The notes: generated by a model not told the origin, from the letters alone. A DNA stretch of 64,000 nt from Octopus vulgaris (GCA_951406725.2 OX597837.1:38316001-38380000), one strand, 5' to 3'. Numbered from the stretch's first letter, positions 28,216 through 42,560 are shown. Made by a program: numbers and translations.

Positions 28216-28376
28216 GCATATATATTATATAGAGGTATACATATATACACAGTTATATGCATATCCATGCAAAAAGACACACACGTATGTGTGTGTTTGC
28301 ATGGACATGTATAAACGTTTTATATATATATACATATGTGTGTGTGTGTGTGTGTGTATATATGTGTATATATGTA

Positions 28377-28441
<65 letters not shown>

Positions 28442-29169
28442 ATTTATGTATGTATGTATGTATGTATGTGTATATGTATGTATATACGCATGTATATATA
28501 TACACACATATACACACACATACAGAGAGAGACAGAAACAGAGTAGGGAAGTGTGAAAAAGGTAAAGGTATATATATATATGCGTTGCGTGTGTATTTGT
28601 GTGTGTATATATTTGTGTGCGTGTGTGTGTGGCTCTGTCTATCTCCCTCTCTCTCTATATATATATGCATACGCACACCTCTATATATATACATGCATAT
28701 ATATATATATAAACGTACATATAAATATATAAATACATGGATACGCATACTTACCTGCACCCCGCCACAGAGACACAGACACGTGCACATGTATATATAT
28801 AATAGAGAGAGAGAGAGAGAGAGAGCGGGAGAGAGAGAATAGATAGATAGATAGATAGATAGATAGATGTGTTTATATATAAGGCAACAGCCGGACAAAC
28901 TGCGAAGCGGCATTTGTTCCGGCTCTTTATTTTCTGAATTCAATGCCGTCATCTTCGCTTTTTGCCCTTTCGCGATCGATAAAGCAAGTACTAGTCAAGT
29001 TCTGGGGTAGGTATGGTTAAATTGCTGGCTTTGTGCCATCGAAAGTTTTAGAAATGCATATACATGCCTACATACATATATAAACACCCTCACACACACA
29101 CACACACTGCCACTATCTGGCATACACAGGTGCTTATACTTATCAAGTATTCTCTCTAAATTTACAGTA

Positions 29170-29231
<62 letters not shown>

Positions 29232-29420
29232 TATATACAAATATACATTTACACGTATATATATATATTTATATATACAAATATTTTTTATTTATATATG
29301 AATATATATATAAATGCATACACACACACATATATAATATCGACCCCAGGACTTATCTTTGTAAGCGCACATACACACACGTAACCGAGTTTGTATGATT
29401 GTGTATAGAAGAATATATTT

Positions 29421-29830
29421 ATTTCTTTATTGCCCACAAGGGGCTAAACATAGAGGGAATAAACAAAGACGAAGGGATTAAGTCGATTACATCGACCGCA
29501 GTGCGTAACTGGTACTTATTTAATTGACCCTAAATGGATGAAAGGTCAAAGTCGACCTCGGCGGAATTTGAACTCAGAACGTAAAGACAGACGAAATACC
29601 TATTTCTTTACTGCCCACAAGGGGCTAAACACAGAGAAGACAAACAAGGACAGACAAACGATTTAAGTCGATTATATCGACCCCAGTGCGTAACTGGTAC
29701 TTATTTTTTCGACCCCGAAAGGATGAAAGGCAAAGTCGACTTCGGCGCAATTCGAACTCAGAACGTAACGACTGACGAAATGCCGCTAAGCATTTCAGCC
29801 GGCGTGCTAATGATTCTGCCAGCACGCCGT
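29421..29830 (-). mobile_element. Two tandem SINE family B copies
   Basis: The unit repeats at about 29421 and 29600. Confidence 0.85.
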
Positions 29831-30084
29831 GCCTTCTAGAAGAATATATTCATCAATGACATTCCAAGTCTTAATTTCCACGTTTTATAATTTAGAATTT
29901 TTGCAAGTTTACAACATCGAAATAAACCAGTACTTTCGTATGATGTATAAAAACATGTAATATACAAATAAATATCTGTAAATATAAAACCATCCGAATT
30001 TCTGAGTACCTCATTTCTTCTAATATAAAATATCTGTACATCATCTCCAAATTTTCCAAAATATATATGTGTTTGTGTGTGTGT

Positions 30085-30180
30085 GTAATATATGTAACAA
30101 TTATTCGGTTGCCATAATAAAGTTCCGAGTTTCGGATGTCAGGGCGGAAAAAATGCACCGGCATCTCTACAGTTATCGCT
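30085..30180 (-). mobile_element. Degenerate copy of the 2692-type HHR-bearing repeat
   Basis: GAUAA-CUGUAGA-GAUG..CAUC-C-GAAAC-UCGGA-ACU-UUAUU; cleavage triplet mutated. Confidence 0.65.
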
Positions 30181-30189
30181 GTTTTTTCA

Positions 30190-30526
30190 CATGGTTTCTG
30201 GTTCGTTCCCACAGCGCGGCACCTTGGGCAAGTGTGTTCTTCTACATTCCCTGGCCGACCAAAGCCGGATTTGGTAGACGGAAACTGAAAGAAGACCGTC
30301 AGATGTAGGTGTGTGTGTGTCTTACGTTTGTCCCTCATCGCCGCATGACAAGCGGTGTTGGTGTGTTTACGTCTGCCATAACGTAGCGGATCGGCAAAAG
30401 AACCGATAGAGTAAGTACCAGGCTTTAAAAAAAGCAAACAATAAGTACTGGTGTCGTTTCGTTCGACTAATATTCTTCCGGGCTTTACTCCAGCATGGCC
30501 GCAATCTAATGACTGAAACAAGTAAA
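30190..30526 (+). mobile_element. SINE family A, diverged
   Basis: Matches the family consensus. Confidence 0.8.
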
Positions 30527-31172
30527 CGATAGAAGATGGAAAATATAAATGTGAGAGTGAGAGGGAAAGAAAGAATACAACGCGGGGGTGGGGGATGCGG
30601 TGGCTTTGGTGGTGGTGGGGTGATGGGATTTGCGGATTACAAGGGAGTCTGGCTTAAGTCTAGGATGTCGTTGCCGTAGTTGTGCTGAGATTGGTGGTGG
30701 TGGTGTGGTGGTGGTGGTGGTGGTAGTTGTGGTGGTGGTTGTAGTGGTGGTGGTTGTAGTGGTGGTGGTGATGGTGGTGGTGGTGGTGGTGACGAGGATG
30801 GTGGTGGTGGTGACGAGGATGACGATGAGGACAACGATGGTGATGACTACGACGACGATGATGATGATGATGATGACGAGGGTGATGATGATGATGATGA
30901 TGATGGCGGTGATGATGATGATGACTATAAGGATGGTGAGGATAATGATGGTAATGATGATGATGATGACGGTGATGGTGATGGTGATGGTGGTGTGAGA
31001 CGCCGAGTGTTACTACTTTCGGCGGTATGGGTTCAAGTGGTTGGTGGTTTCGGTGGTAGTGCTGGTGGAGGTGGTTATGTTTATGTTAAAGTTAATAGGG
31101 ATGACGTCACAGCAACAACAGTAGCAGTGGCAGTAGTGGTGGTAGTAGTAGCAATATAAGTATTATTATTAT

Positions 31173-31226
<54 letters not shown>

Positions 31227-31338
31227 CAGTAGTAGTAGTAGTAGTAAGAATAGTAGTAGTGGAGGAAGCGGTAACAGCAGTAGCAGTATTATTATTAGTA
31301 GTAGTAGTAAAGGTAGTAGTAGTAATGGGGTTAATGGT

Positions 31339-31412
<74 letters not shown>

Positions 31413-31426
31413 CTGTAGTAGTAGTG

Positions 31427-31490
<64 letters not shown>

Positions 31491-31914
31491 CACCCTTCTT
31501 GCCTGTATCCGTTGCAAAAGGGAGAGGAAAAGGCGAAAGTAAATCTTGTAAACGGATTTTCTCGAGAAAATCTGTCACGTTTCTTGTTGTTGTTGTTGTT
31601 GTTATCGTCATCGTCGAGGTTGTTGTTGTTGTTGTTGTTTGATAATATAACCATCGCCACTACCACCCCCGCCTTCACAACCAGCTCCACCATCACTGCC
31701 GATATCAAGAACATCACCGTTGCCAACATGTCCCCCACAACACACCACCACCAGTACAACCACCACAACCACCACCACCACCACCATTACCACCACTACT
31801 ACCATCACCTCCGCCTCCATCACCCTCACCACCCTCACCACTACCAACATTACCACTACCACCACCAACATGTTCCCCATCAGCACCGCCAACACCGCTT
31901 TCACCACGACGACG

Positions 31915-31946
<32 letters not shown>

Positions 31947-32341
31947 CATCAACAACTACTACAGTAATACCACCACCGAAACCAACGCCACCTACACCAT
32001 CATTTCCAGAATTTAACATGCCATGTGCCTACGCTGGAATGGAAACCGTTAAGCCGCTCTCGTATCATCGTCTCTGATGGACGTGTTCTTTCAAGATCGA
32101 AACAAGGTCAGAAGGGAAGGTGGAGTCACGCCTGTCTTTGACAATTGAAGTGACACGACGATGCGACGCAATGGGGACGGGAAGTGCTTAACTATGGATG
32201 ACGCAGTCGAAGGCGCGCCGCCGTGACATGCCGTGTGCGACGGGCATTTTCTTACTTAAACCTACCGAAACACATACCTCCCCAGATCTCGACGTTGAGA
32301 AGGAGAGAATTTTGGGGTGATAAAGCCAAAAGAACAAAGAA

Positions 32342-32406
<65 letters not shown>

Positions 32407-32408
32407 TA

Positions 32409-32572
32409 GGCGCAGGAGTGGTTGTGTGGTAAGTAGCTTGCTAACCAACCACATGGTTCTGGGTTCAGTCCCACTGCGTGGCATCTTGGGCAAGTGCCTT
32501 CTGCTATAGCCTCGGGCCGACCAAAGCCTTGTGAGTGGATTTGGTAGACGGAAACTGAAAGAAGCCTGTCGA

Positions 32573-32606
<34 letters not shown>

Positions 32607-32812
32607 ATATGCTTGTGTGTCTGTGTTTGTCCCTCTAGCATTGCTTGACAACCGATGCTGGTGTGTTTCGTCCCCGTCACTTAGCGGTTCGGCAAAAAAG
32701 ACCGATAGAATAAGTACTGGGCTTACAAAGAATAAGTCCCGGGGTCGATTTGCTCGACTAAAGGAGGTGCTCATGGCACAGTCGAAATGACTGAAACAAG
32801 TAAAAGAGTAAA
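32409..32812 (+). mobile_element. Full-length SINE family A
   Basis: Matches the family consensus. Confidence 0.9.
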
Positions 32813-32844
32813 AAAGAGAGAAAGATAATCTTTTTAAAAACTTT

Positions 32845-33099
32845 TTTACTTGTTTCAGTCATTTGTCTGTGGCCATGCTGAGCACCGCCTTTAGTCGATC
32901 GAGCAAACTGACACCAGGATTTATTCTTTGTAAGCCTAGTACTTATTCTATCGGTCTCTTTTGCCGAACCGCTCAGTTACGGGGACAGAAACACACCAGC
33001 ATCGGTTGTCAAGCGATGTTGTGGGGCAAACACAGACACACAAACACATACACACATACATACATACATACATACATACATACACACATACACACACAG

Positions 33100-33154
<55 letters not shown>

Positions 33155-33434
33155 TACATATGTACGAGGGGCTTCTTTCTGTTTCCTACTACGCCTATGA
33201 ACCACAATAAAAATAATAATAATAATAACAATAATAATAACAACAACAACAATAATAATAATAATCCTTTCTACTTTTTTTTATTGTCTTACTTGTTTTA
33301 GTCATTTGACAGCGGCCATGCTGGAGCACCGCCTTTAGTCGAACAAATCGACCGCGAGACTTATTTTTGCAAGCCTAGTACTTATTTTACGGGTCATTTT
33401 ACCGAACCGTTATACTACGGAGACGTAAGCACAC

Positions 33435-33435
<1 letters not shown>
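32845..33435 (-). mobile_element. Two SINE family A 3' portions
   Basis: Reverse-complement matches at 32845-33185 and 33286-33435. Confidence 0.85.
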
Positions 33436-33489
<54 letters not shown>

Positions 33490-33531
33490 CACAGTCAAAA
33501 ATTGTGAAGCATGACTGTCAACACTACTACA

Positions 33532-33576
33532 TGAACCCGAAGATTGCAGAATTCAATGCATGAAAGTACTAGTTCA
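33532..33576 (+). ncRNA. Type I HHR motif with CCGAAGA core
   Basis: UGAAC-CCGAAGA-U-UGCA(8 nt)UGCA-U-GAAAG-UA-CUA-GUUCA; palindromic stem III AGUACU; between CA/TA tracts. Confidence 0.7.
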
Positions 33577-33747
33577 ATCAGAATGAATATTTAACATTCT
33601 ACTATTTCATTTTATTTTATTCAATTATAATATATTATCTTATAATATATCATTATAAGATTGTAAATAAAACGTGAAAATCAGACAAGGTTGGAATTCT
33701 TTTTATTAATATATTCTTCTATACACAATCACACACACCCATATATA

Positions 33748-33793
<46 letters not shown>

Positions 33794-33874
33794 CCGTGAC
33801 CGACCAGGCTATCAGATGTTGCAACACATCGCTGGTCACAATGCGCTTCGCATTGTTTTAACCTTCAATTGATG

Positions 33875-34060
33875 CCAGCAGAAGATAGAGTGAGAAAGTC
33901 GTGGTGAAAGAGTACAGCAGGGATCGCCACCACCCCCTGCCGGAGCCTCGTGGAGTTTTAGGTGTTTTCGCTCAATAAACACTCACAACGCCCGGTCTGG
34001 GAATCGAAACCGCGACTCTACGACCGCGTGTCCGCTGCCCTAGCCACTGGGCCATTGCGC
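33875..34060 (-). mobile_element. SINE family C
   Basis: Ends in ccactgggccattgcgc, the reverse complement of the head. Confidence 0.8.
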
Positions 34061-34077
34061 TATATATATATTGATAT

Positions 34078-34191
<114 letters not shown>

Positions 34192-34263
34192 TGAGCGCCT
34201 AATAATAATAATACTGTAATTGTTCCACGTGTTGTTGTTTTTTCTGTTTTCCCGTTTGGATTA

Positions 34264-34334
<71 letters not shown>

Positions 34335-34392
34335 TTATATATACATATATATATATACATATATATATGGAGGCGCAATAGCCCAGTGGTTA

Positions 34393-34600
34393 TACGACGG
34401 GCTTCTTTCAGTTTCTATGAAATCCACTCACAAGGCATTCATCACCTTGTGTCTATAGTAGAAGACACTTGCCTAAGGTGCCATGCAGTGGGAGGGAACC
34501 TGGAACCATGTGGTTGGTAAGCAAGCTTTTTACTACACAGCCACTCCGGAACTGAACCCGGAACCATGTGGTTGGTAAGCAAGCTGCTTACCACACAGCT
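34393..34600 (-). mobile_element. SINE family A 5' part with duplicated head
   Basis: gaaccatgtggttggtaagcaagc occurs twice. Confidence 0.8.
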
Positions 34601-34715
34601 ACTTCTGCGACTTATAATACTTGAAAAATATAAATATATGTGTGTGTGTATGTTTGTGTGTGAGTGGGTGTGTGTGTTTGAGTGAGTGTGTGTGTATGAG
34701 TGAGTGTGAGTGTGT

Positions 34716-34814
<99 letters not shown>

Positions 34815-34836
34815 TGTGTGTGTTTGTGTTTGTGTG

Positions 34837-34868
<32 letters not shown>

Positions 34869-35558
34869 AGTGTGTGTGTGTGTGTGTGAGTGTGTGTGTT
34901 TGTGTTTGTGTGTGTGTAACAGAAATGTTTGGACGTTCTTTGGACACTTATATATACTGAATCTAATCGTTATCGCCAGGGAGGGGTGGGACACACTGCT
35001 TGACACAAATGGTTCCATTTGTTGGGCGCCATTCATGCTGCCGTTCCGTGGTACAGCGACCCCTTCAAATTCCGTTCCCCTTCAATGCTGCACCTGAATT
35101 AAGTTGCGGCTTCCATTTATCGCCAACAACAAAAAGAAAAAAAACAGAAAAGGAAAGAAAAATGTTTCATCGATGTTTCCGTTTCAACTCGGTCCAATTG
35201 TCGATGAGGTTTTATCTACAGCATACATCTGTATGTCTGTTTGTCAGCCTGTCTGCTCGCCTGTCTGTCTGTTTGTCAGCCTGTCTGCTCGCCTGTCTGT
35301 CTGTCTATTTGTCAGCCTGTCTGTCTTATGCTTTTTTTCTTTTATATTCTTTACTTGCTGGGGCACCGCCTTGAAGAATTTTTTGTCGAATAAATCGACC
35401 GCAGTACCTTTTCTTTTTTTAAAGATGGTACTTTTTCTATCGCTCTCTTTCGCCGAATCGCTAAGTTACGGGGACGTAAACACATCAGTGCCTGTTGCCA
35501 AGCGGTGGTGGGGGTCAGACACGTAAAAATACACCATATACAAACATATGTACATACA

Positions 35559-35610
<52 letters not shown>

Positions 35611-35616
<6 letters not shown>

Positions 35617-35790
35617 AATATGTTACATTACTCGGTAGCCAAGATAAAACTCTGAGTTTCAGATGCCGAAGTGGAAATCCACAACACCATCTCTTCGGTT
35701 ATCTGGCCATCTGAAAAACAGGGAAATTACTGTGTTATAATTCTGCTACATATATAAAATAAGATTAAAAGTTCATAGTAAACACGTAAA
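35611..35790 (-). mobile_element. PLE-like repeat nearly identical to the 13649 arm, with HHR at 35643-35703 (CCGAAGA core)
   Basis: tacaataatatgttacattactcggtag.. directly after (TA)n. Confidence 0.75.
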
Positions 35791-36115
35791 TGATCCTTTG
35801 CTATTCGTAAGACCCGCAGAAGAGAAAGCAGGCCAACCGCCGACACCGAGAGCATCGACGGATGGATGAATGCGCATCCAGGCTCAGTGGTTGCGTAGGA
35901 AGTCGGGGACAAGAAACAGGAAGAAAGAGCGAGAGAAAGTTGGAGCGAAAGAGTACAATAGGGGTCGCCACCACCGCCTGCCGGAGCCTCGTGGAACTTT
36001 AGGTGTTTTTCGCTCAATAATCACACACAATGCCCGGTCTGGGAATCAAGACCGCGATCCTCCGACCGCGAGTCCGCTGCCCTAACCACTGGGCCATTGG
36101 GCCATTGCGCCTCCA
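35790..36115 (-). mobile_element. SINE family C
   Basis: Matches the 5169 copy. Confidence 0.85.
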
Positions 36116-37417
36116 CTGTTGTTATTGTAGATTTAATTATTATTGTTACAGCGGAAGTCATAAAAATTCATAAACTTCGACAGAATGTGAAATACTTTTT
36201 TTCTTTTGGAACGTTAGATCTCGAAGCAAAGAGAGATATATGTAACAGCGTGGAAATATTAGGTTAAAAAAGAACCCTTGAATTGAAAGAATCAAAGGAT
36301 GCGAATGGAACTCGAACCTACATATGTGAATATGACAGGCGTTCTACCACAGGACCAAAGCAGACCCTTTCTATCCAGTGTGCGTCTGTATATGTGTGTG
36401 TATGTGTACGTGTGTGTGTATGTGTGTGAGAGAGAGAGAGAGAGAAAGAGGGAAAGAGAGTGTGTATTGGTGTGTGTCTGTGTGTGTGACGAGTGGGGTT
36501 AAATCAATATTTACAGGTTACTGTTTATAGCTTTCTCTGCTTCGAGATCCACCGTTCCAAAAAAAACTTAGCCGTTGCAATTTCTATTGCTTTGTTACTG
36601 CTGTTGTTTAACTCTAAATCACCTCTGTTTAATAAAAGACAACCCAGCCTTGCCCATCTTGCCTTTTTATTTAAGGCTACCTAGGACTACAATATCTAAC
36701 GTGTCCTTCCCTACTTTAGACGTCGGAAGTGTTATCTGGCTGCTATTACTAGCACATGGAAATGTTCTGAAGACATTCCTTTATTCGTTGGTTGGCATGT
36801 TCATATTGCTGTCGTTGTTGTTGTTGTTGTTATAGTTGTTGTTGTATGGTGTTAGGGTGTTGGTGGTGGTTGTACTCTTGTTGTAGATGGTGTTAGTGTT
36901 GTGGTTATTGTTGCTGATGGTAATGATGGTGATGATGGTATTATTGCTGATGATGGTGATAGTAGTGATGGTGGTGATGTTGTTGTTGTTGTTGGTGGTG
37001 GTGTTGGTGATGGTGAGGGTAGTGGTGGTCGTCGACCTCGTAGATATAATGACGGTGGCGGCGGTAGGCGGTGGTAGGAGACGTTGTACTGGTGATGGTA
37101 TGATGGTGTTGTTGTTGGTGGTGATGGTGGTGGTGTTAGTGGTGTTGATGTGGTGGTAGTGGTGGTGTTGTTGTTGGTGGGTGTGGCGGCGACTGTGGTG
37201 GCTGTGGTGACGACGGCGGCAGCGGCGGTGATGGCGGTGGTAGTGATGGTGACGCTTGCGGCGGCGGCGGTGGTGGTGGTGGTGGTGGTGGTGACGGTGT
37301 TAGTGTGGTCCAATGATAATCCAACCATTCTTCCGACAGATGGTATTTATCATGAATTAAAAGTTTGTTTGTTTATCAATCCCTCAAAAAACAGATGATG
37401 CTAAACAATGATAAACT

Positions 37418-37462
<45 letters not shown>

Positions 37463-37637
37463 ACATACACATACACACACAATACACGCACACAGCTACT
37501 TCAGTTATCATTACTTGCAACTAAAGTAGTTTTGTGTGTGTGTGAGTGTGTGTGTGTGTGTTTGTGTGTATGCGTGTGTTAATGTGAGTAGGTATGTGTG
37601 TGTGTTTGTGTACTATTGTGTGTGTGTGTGTGTTTGC

Positions 37638-37690
<53 letters not shown>

Positions 37691-37873
37691 CGTGTGTGTG
37701 TGTGTGTGTGTGTGTATGCGTGTGTGTGTGTGTGTGTGTGCTATTGTGTGTGTCTATGTGTGCTATTGTGTGTGTGTGTGTGTGTGAGTGCGGTAGTTTA
37801 CTTTAAATCTTGAGTAGAAAGAAAACAACAAAACAAATATACATTTAAAAGTAAACAAGAAAACGGAAAGAAA

Positions 37874-37921
<48 letters not shown>

Positions 37922-38253
37922 AACGGAAGAATTATAGAAGGAAAGACAGAAATATAAAGAGAAAGAAAGATAGAAAGATAGAAAAACGAAACGAAAAATC
38001 CTCGGGAAGAACGTCCACTCCTAAACTCTAAATCGACTTCTTCTGATGTCTGCAGCTACACAGCACCTCTTCCTTTTACTCTTTCGCCTCCTTTGAATCA
38101 TGATCTCTCCTCCGTATAACAATACCGACACCAACGTCGCCACCGTCAACAAAATCACATAATCAACGACGAAGATGTCTTTTACTTGCTGAGGTTCTAA
38201 TGACCAATCTTTGAATAAGGAACACGCAGTTACATTCAAACACGCGCACACGA

Positions 38254-38601
38254 GGTAAATAAGAGAGGTCAGTGGTTAGAGCGTCGAACTTACGATCGTG
38301 AGGTTGTGAGCTCGAATCCCGGACCGGGCTGCGTGTTGTGTTCTTGAGCAAGGCACTTTATTTCACGTTGCTCCAGTTCACTCAGCTGTAGAAATGAGTT
38401 GCGACGTCACAGGTTCCAAGCTGTATTGGCCCCTTTGCCCTTCCCTTGGATAACATCGGTGGTGTGGAGAGGGGAGGCTGGTATGCATGGGTGATTGCTG
38501 GTCTTCCATAAACAACCTTGCCCGGACTTGTGCCTCGGAGGGTAACTTTCTAGGTGCAATCCCATGGTCATTCATGACCGAAGGGGGTCTTTACCCTTTA
38601 C
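38254..38601 (+). mobile_element. SINE family D
   Basis: Near-identical to 16885-17220. Confidence 0.85.
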
Positions 38602-39015
38602 CACAAGAAAGATAGCTCCTCCGCGGTAACTACAGTTGAAATATATCACAAACATATTTTAACCAACCGAAATTTTGCTTATGCTTAAACACTGCCTGGT
38701 TGCTAGTATTTCGTTATTTTCTTCGATCGGGCAATCTACTACCGCAAATCAGTCAACGTCGTTGACTAAATTTTACATTAAGCTATTTCTTTAGAAGTTT
38801 CTTCAGGGATACCTCCCTTAGGTGGATCCCATTTACGAGAGTCAATGATGTCTGGGATTCCTGATAGATGGCGACACTGAACAAACCGGGTGTTTTCTTA
38901 CCTTTTACCATAAGAGTGATATTTTCTCCACAATAACTGCAGCGTATTTGTCTTTTTGCATTTGAAATATGGCACAAACATATTTTACTACCGTAAATTT
39001 TGCATAAAGATATAT

Positions 39016-39078
<63 letters not shown>

Positions 39079-39083
<5 letters not shown>

Positions 39084-39266
39084 AGAGTTTACGAAAAAAA
39101 AACAAAGGACAAAGACAGGTGGTGTACAAAACAAACAAATGTATTAGTATAACGCTCAGGAATAGAAAAAGTATTTTACGTTTCGAGCCTACGCTCTTCT
39201 ACAGAAAGGGACACAGAAAAAAACAAAGAGAGAAAAAATGTGTGTAGTGGCTAACGATCTATCATG
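39079..39266 (-). mobile_element. PLE-like CUGUNGA-family element in (TA)n; HHR-like motif at 39173-39208
   Basis: CUUU-CUGUAGA-A-GAGC(GUAG)GCUC-GAAAC-GUA-AAAU. Confidence 0.65.
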
Positions 39267-39278
39267 CTTATATATATA

Positions 39279-39352
<74 letters not shown>

Positions 39353-39355
<3 letters not shown>

Positions 39356-40245
39356 GTTGTGATGGTTAAATTACCGTCATTATATATTTTTTATTTTGCG
39401 CATGCGCATTGTTTGTTTTTGATTTTGTCGACTGCACAGTATAGAACGGTTAGCTGGGCACCGTCTGTAAGAAAAATAGCATGATGAAGCAATTCATTCT
39501 GCCAGAAATTTGGGAAAGACTTGCTGTACTGCTCGGCATTCGCGCCGGAAGCCCCAATGCGAACACATGGTGAACACATAGAACAACCGTTGGATTGCCG
39601 TCTCCTAAAAACATGTACCGAGGGAGAAATAAGTCAAACATCCAGTCAACATCATGGTGTTTGGAATGACCACTGGTGATGGCGACGTTATGCTTCCATT
39701 CATCTTCCCACACGAACTCAGACTCAACAGGGAGGCCTACATCAAGTGCTTGGGGGATGTAGTGGTGCCCTGGGTCAAGAGGATGGCTGTTGGAAGGCCC
39801 TATATCTGGTGTCAGGATTCTGTACCATGGCACACAATCAAGAGAACCCAGTCATGGCTGTTAGACAATTCCTGCATCCACATCACCCCTAACATCTGGC
39901 CACTAACTCCCCAGACTGCAACCCGATTCATTATTATGTGTGGGGCGCAGTTGAGCGAGAGACCAACAAAACTCCTTGCAACAACAGAGATGAACTGAAG
40001 GCAAGGATTATGGCAGCATTCACCAAATTAAGCAAGGTGAGCATCCAGAAGAGTTGCATGAGATTCCAAAGTCGCCTGGAGGCCGTGATTGAAACCAATG
40101 GCGATTATATTGAATAGATTTAGTGTTTAGTATTTCAAGGTACTTTTTTTTTTAGTAATTTTGGTAAATATATCTGTTAAAATGAGATGTCAGTGTTATT
40201 TTCATTTTTGCGTAATTCAGACGGCAATATTTGCTCAATAACCTG
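39353..40245 (+). mobile_element. Tc1/mariner DD37D (maT-type) transposon, internally deleted and frameshifted
   Basis: TA-flanked cagg..cctg termini; peptide ..YIWCQDS..WP-NSPDCNP..VWG..RLEAVIETNGDYIE; 37 residues separate the second D from the (mutated) third catalytic position. Confidence 0.85.
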
Positions 40246-40254
40246 TATATATGT

Positions 40255-40940
40255 GCAGATGACTGGCTTGATGGATCCTAAGAACATTCAGAACCAGAGA
40301 TAAGGAAACCATGATGGTCCTCTGGCGGACATTCGTCCTCAGTCGCCTGGATTACTGCTCACAGCTATGGTCACCCACCAGTGTAAAATTAACAGCGGAC
40401 CTTGAAGCAATCCAGAAAAGAATCACAAAGAAGATCGTCTCTGTGCAACAGCTCAACTACTGGGAAAGGTTGAAACAGCTAAGACTCTACTCTCTGGAGA
40501 GAAGACGGGAGATGTATGCAGTGATATATGTCTGGAAGATCCTGGAAGGAATTGTGCCAAATTTTGGCATTGTAAGCTACACCAATGCTAGAACGGGACG
40601 ACACTGCATAGTGCCAAAGATCCCAGCAATGCCATCACGCTTCAGGACCAGCTTCTGCAACAGCCTGGGTTTCAAGGACTCACAGCTTTTAATATTCTCC
40701 CAAAGAGTCTGAGGAACTTGCACAAAGTAGATGTAGCGGTTTTTAAATCAAAGCTGGACACCTTCCTGTCAAGAGTCCCAGATGAACCCACCTCACGGCA
40801 AGAGGTGCAAATGAGAGTAGCTGTATCAAACTCCATTCTTCACCAAGTGCCACATATTAGACGAAGATCGTCATAATAACAGTGTAGCACAAAACGGCGG
40901 TGCATCAGCATGGCCGCAACTCTGAGCTGAAACTGGAAAA
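40255..40940 (+). mobile_element. CR1-like LINE, 3' ORF2 end and UTR
   Basis: LWRTFVLSRLDYCSQLWSP..LEAIQKR..NYWERLKQLRLYSLERRR motif. Confidence 0.85.
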
Positions 40941-40993
40941 AAAATATATGGATATATATATATATACATACATACATACATACATATATATAT

Positions 40994-41053
<60 letters not shown>

Positions 41054-41501
41054 GTGTGTGTGTGTAAAATGTAAAGAGCGCCTTCAATCACTAAAGACTA
41101 TGGGTTAGCACCTACAAAGCTCCCTTCCGGAGCATAAGTCCGGGTTAGTTTGTTAGTGGAAGACCAGCGGTCACCCATGGATACCAAATTCACTCCGATG
41201 TTGTCCATGTTATCAGTGATATCACTGCTGCTTGCGACAGATAAATTGGAGGAAGTCGAGGAACCCAACGACCCTTGACAATGTCAAGTGCAAGCTCCCT
41301 CCACATCGGTTCACGCTGTTTTCTTCGCCCAGAGGTCGCATTATGAAATGGGGCCCACTCAGCAATGATAAAGTTAACATTGTCGTGCGCCATTTTCCTG
41401 GCGGACAAAACTACATTCCTCTCATCGCTAGCACACCCAAATTCTTCAAGTGCTACTTGAGCATTTTGACTGAAGGATTGGTGGTACAAAGCAATTGTAT
41501 C

Positions 41502-41578
<77 letters not shown>

Positions 41579-41594
41579 CAACAACAACAACAAC

Positions 41595-41762
<168 letters not shown>

Positions 41763-41763
41763 C

Positions 41764-41894
<131 letters not shown>

Positions 41895-42108
41895 CCTTTC
41901 TACTATAGGCACAAGGCCTGAAATTTGGGGGACGGGGGTTTGTCGATTACATCGAGGCCAGTGTTTCACTGGTCCTAAATTTATGGACCCCGAAAAGATG
42001 AAAGGCAAAGTCGACCTCGGCGGAATTTGAAATCAGAATGTAGCGACTGGCGAAATACCGCTAAGCCTTTCGTTCAGTGCGTTAACGATTCTGCCATCTC
42101 GCCACCTT
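41895..42108 (-). mobile_element. SINE family B
   Basis: Matches the family consensus. Confidence 0.8.
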
Positions 42109-42181
42109 AACAACAACAACAACAGCAACAACAACAACAACAATAATAATAATAATAACGATGATGATGATGATGATGATG

Positions 42182-42221
<40 letters not shown>

Positions 42222-42222
<1 letters not shown>

Positions 42223-42555
42223 GTGTCTCTAAAAGAAATGGAGAAACTCTCAAAATACAAAGACCTGGAAATAGAGGTAACTAGAATGTGGAATCTGAAA
42301 ACAGAAACAATTCCTATCATAGTAGGTGCATTAGGCATGATAAAAAAATATTCAGACAAATACATAACAAAACACCAGGACTTACAAACACATATAACAT
42401 ACAGAAAATTGCACTACTAGGCACTGCACACATCCTACGCAGAACACTTTCCATACAATAACCATCAGAGCATCACAACAAATCACAGCACATGCCCAAG
42501 GCACACAGAGCTGCGCTCGGTAGTGAAGTGAAAGCACGCTATAAAAATAAAACTA

Positions 42556-42560
<5 letters not shown>
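42222..42560 (+). mobile_element. R4/Dong-type LINE 3' end (restriction-like endonuclease tail) in (TAA)n
   Basis: KEMEKLSKYKDLEIEVTRMW..IPIIVGALG; (TAA)n on both sides. Confidence 0.85.

Noticed and set aside
38783-39000. Minus-strand Cys-containing frame (CLCH..RCSYCGE) with an AAG/GTAAGA donor-like site and a nearby tagatggcgac CTCF-like motif
   Set aside because: No convincing acceptor site and no recognisable family; a BLASTX or RNA-seq check would be needed.
41225-41500. Open frames on both strands next to (AAC/AAT)n
   Set aside because: No recognisable motif; ORF length is inflated by the microsatellite.
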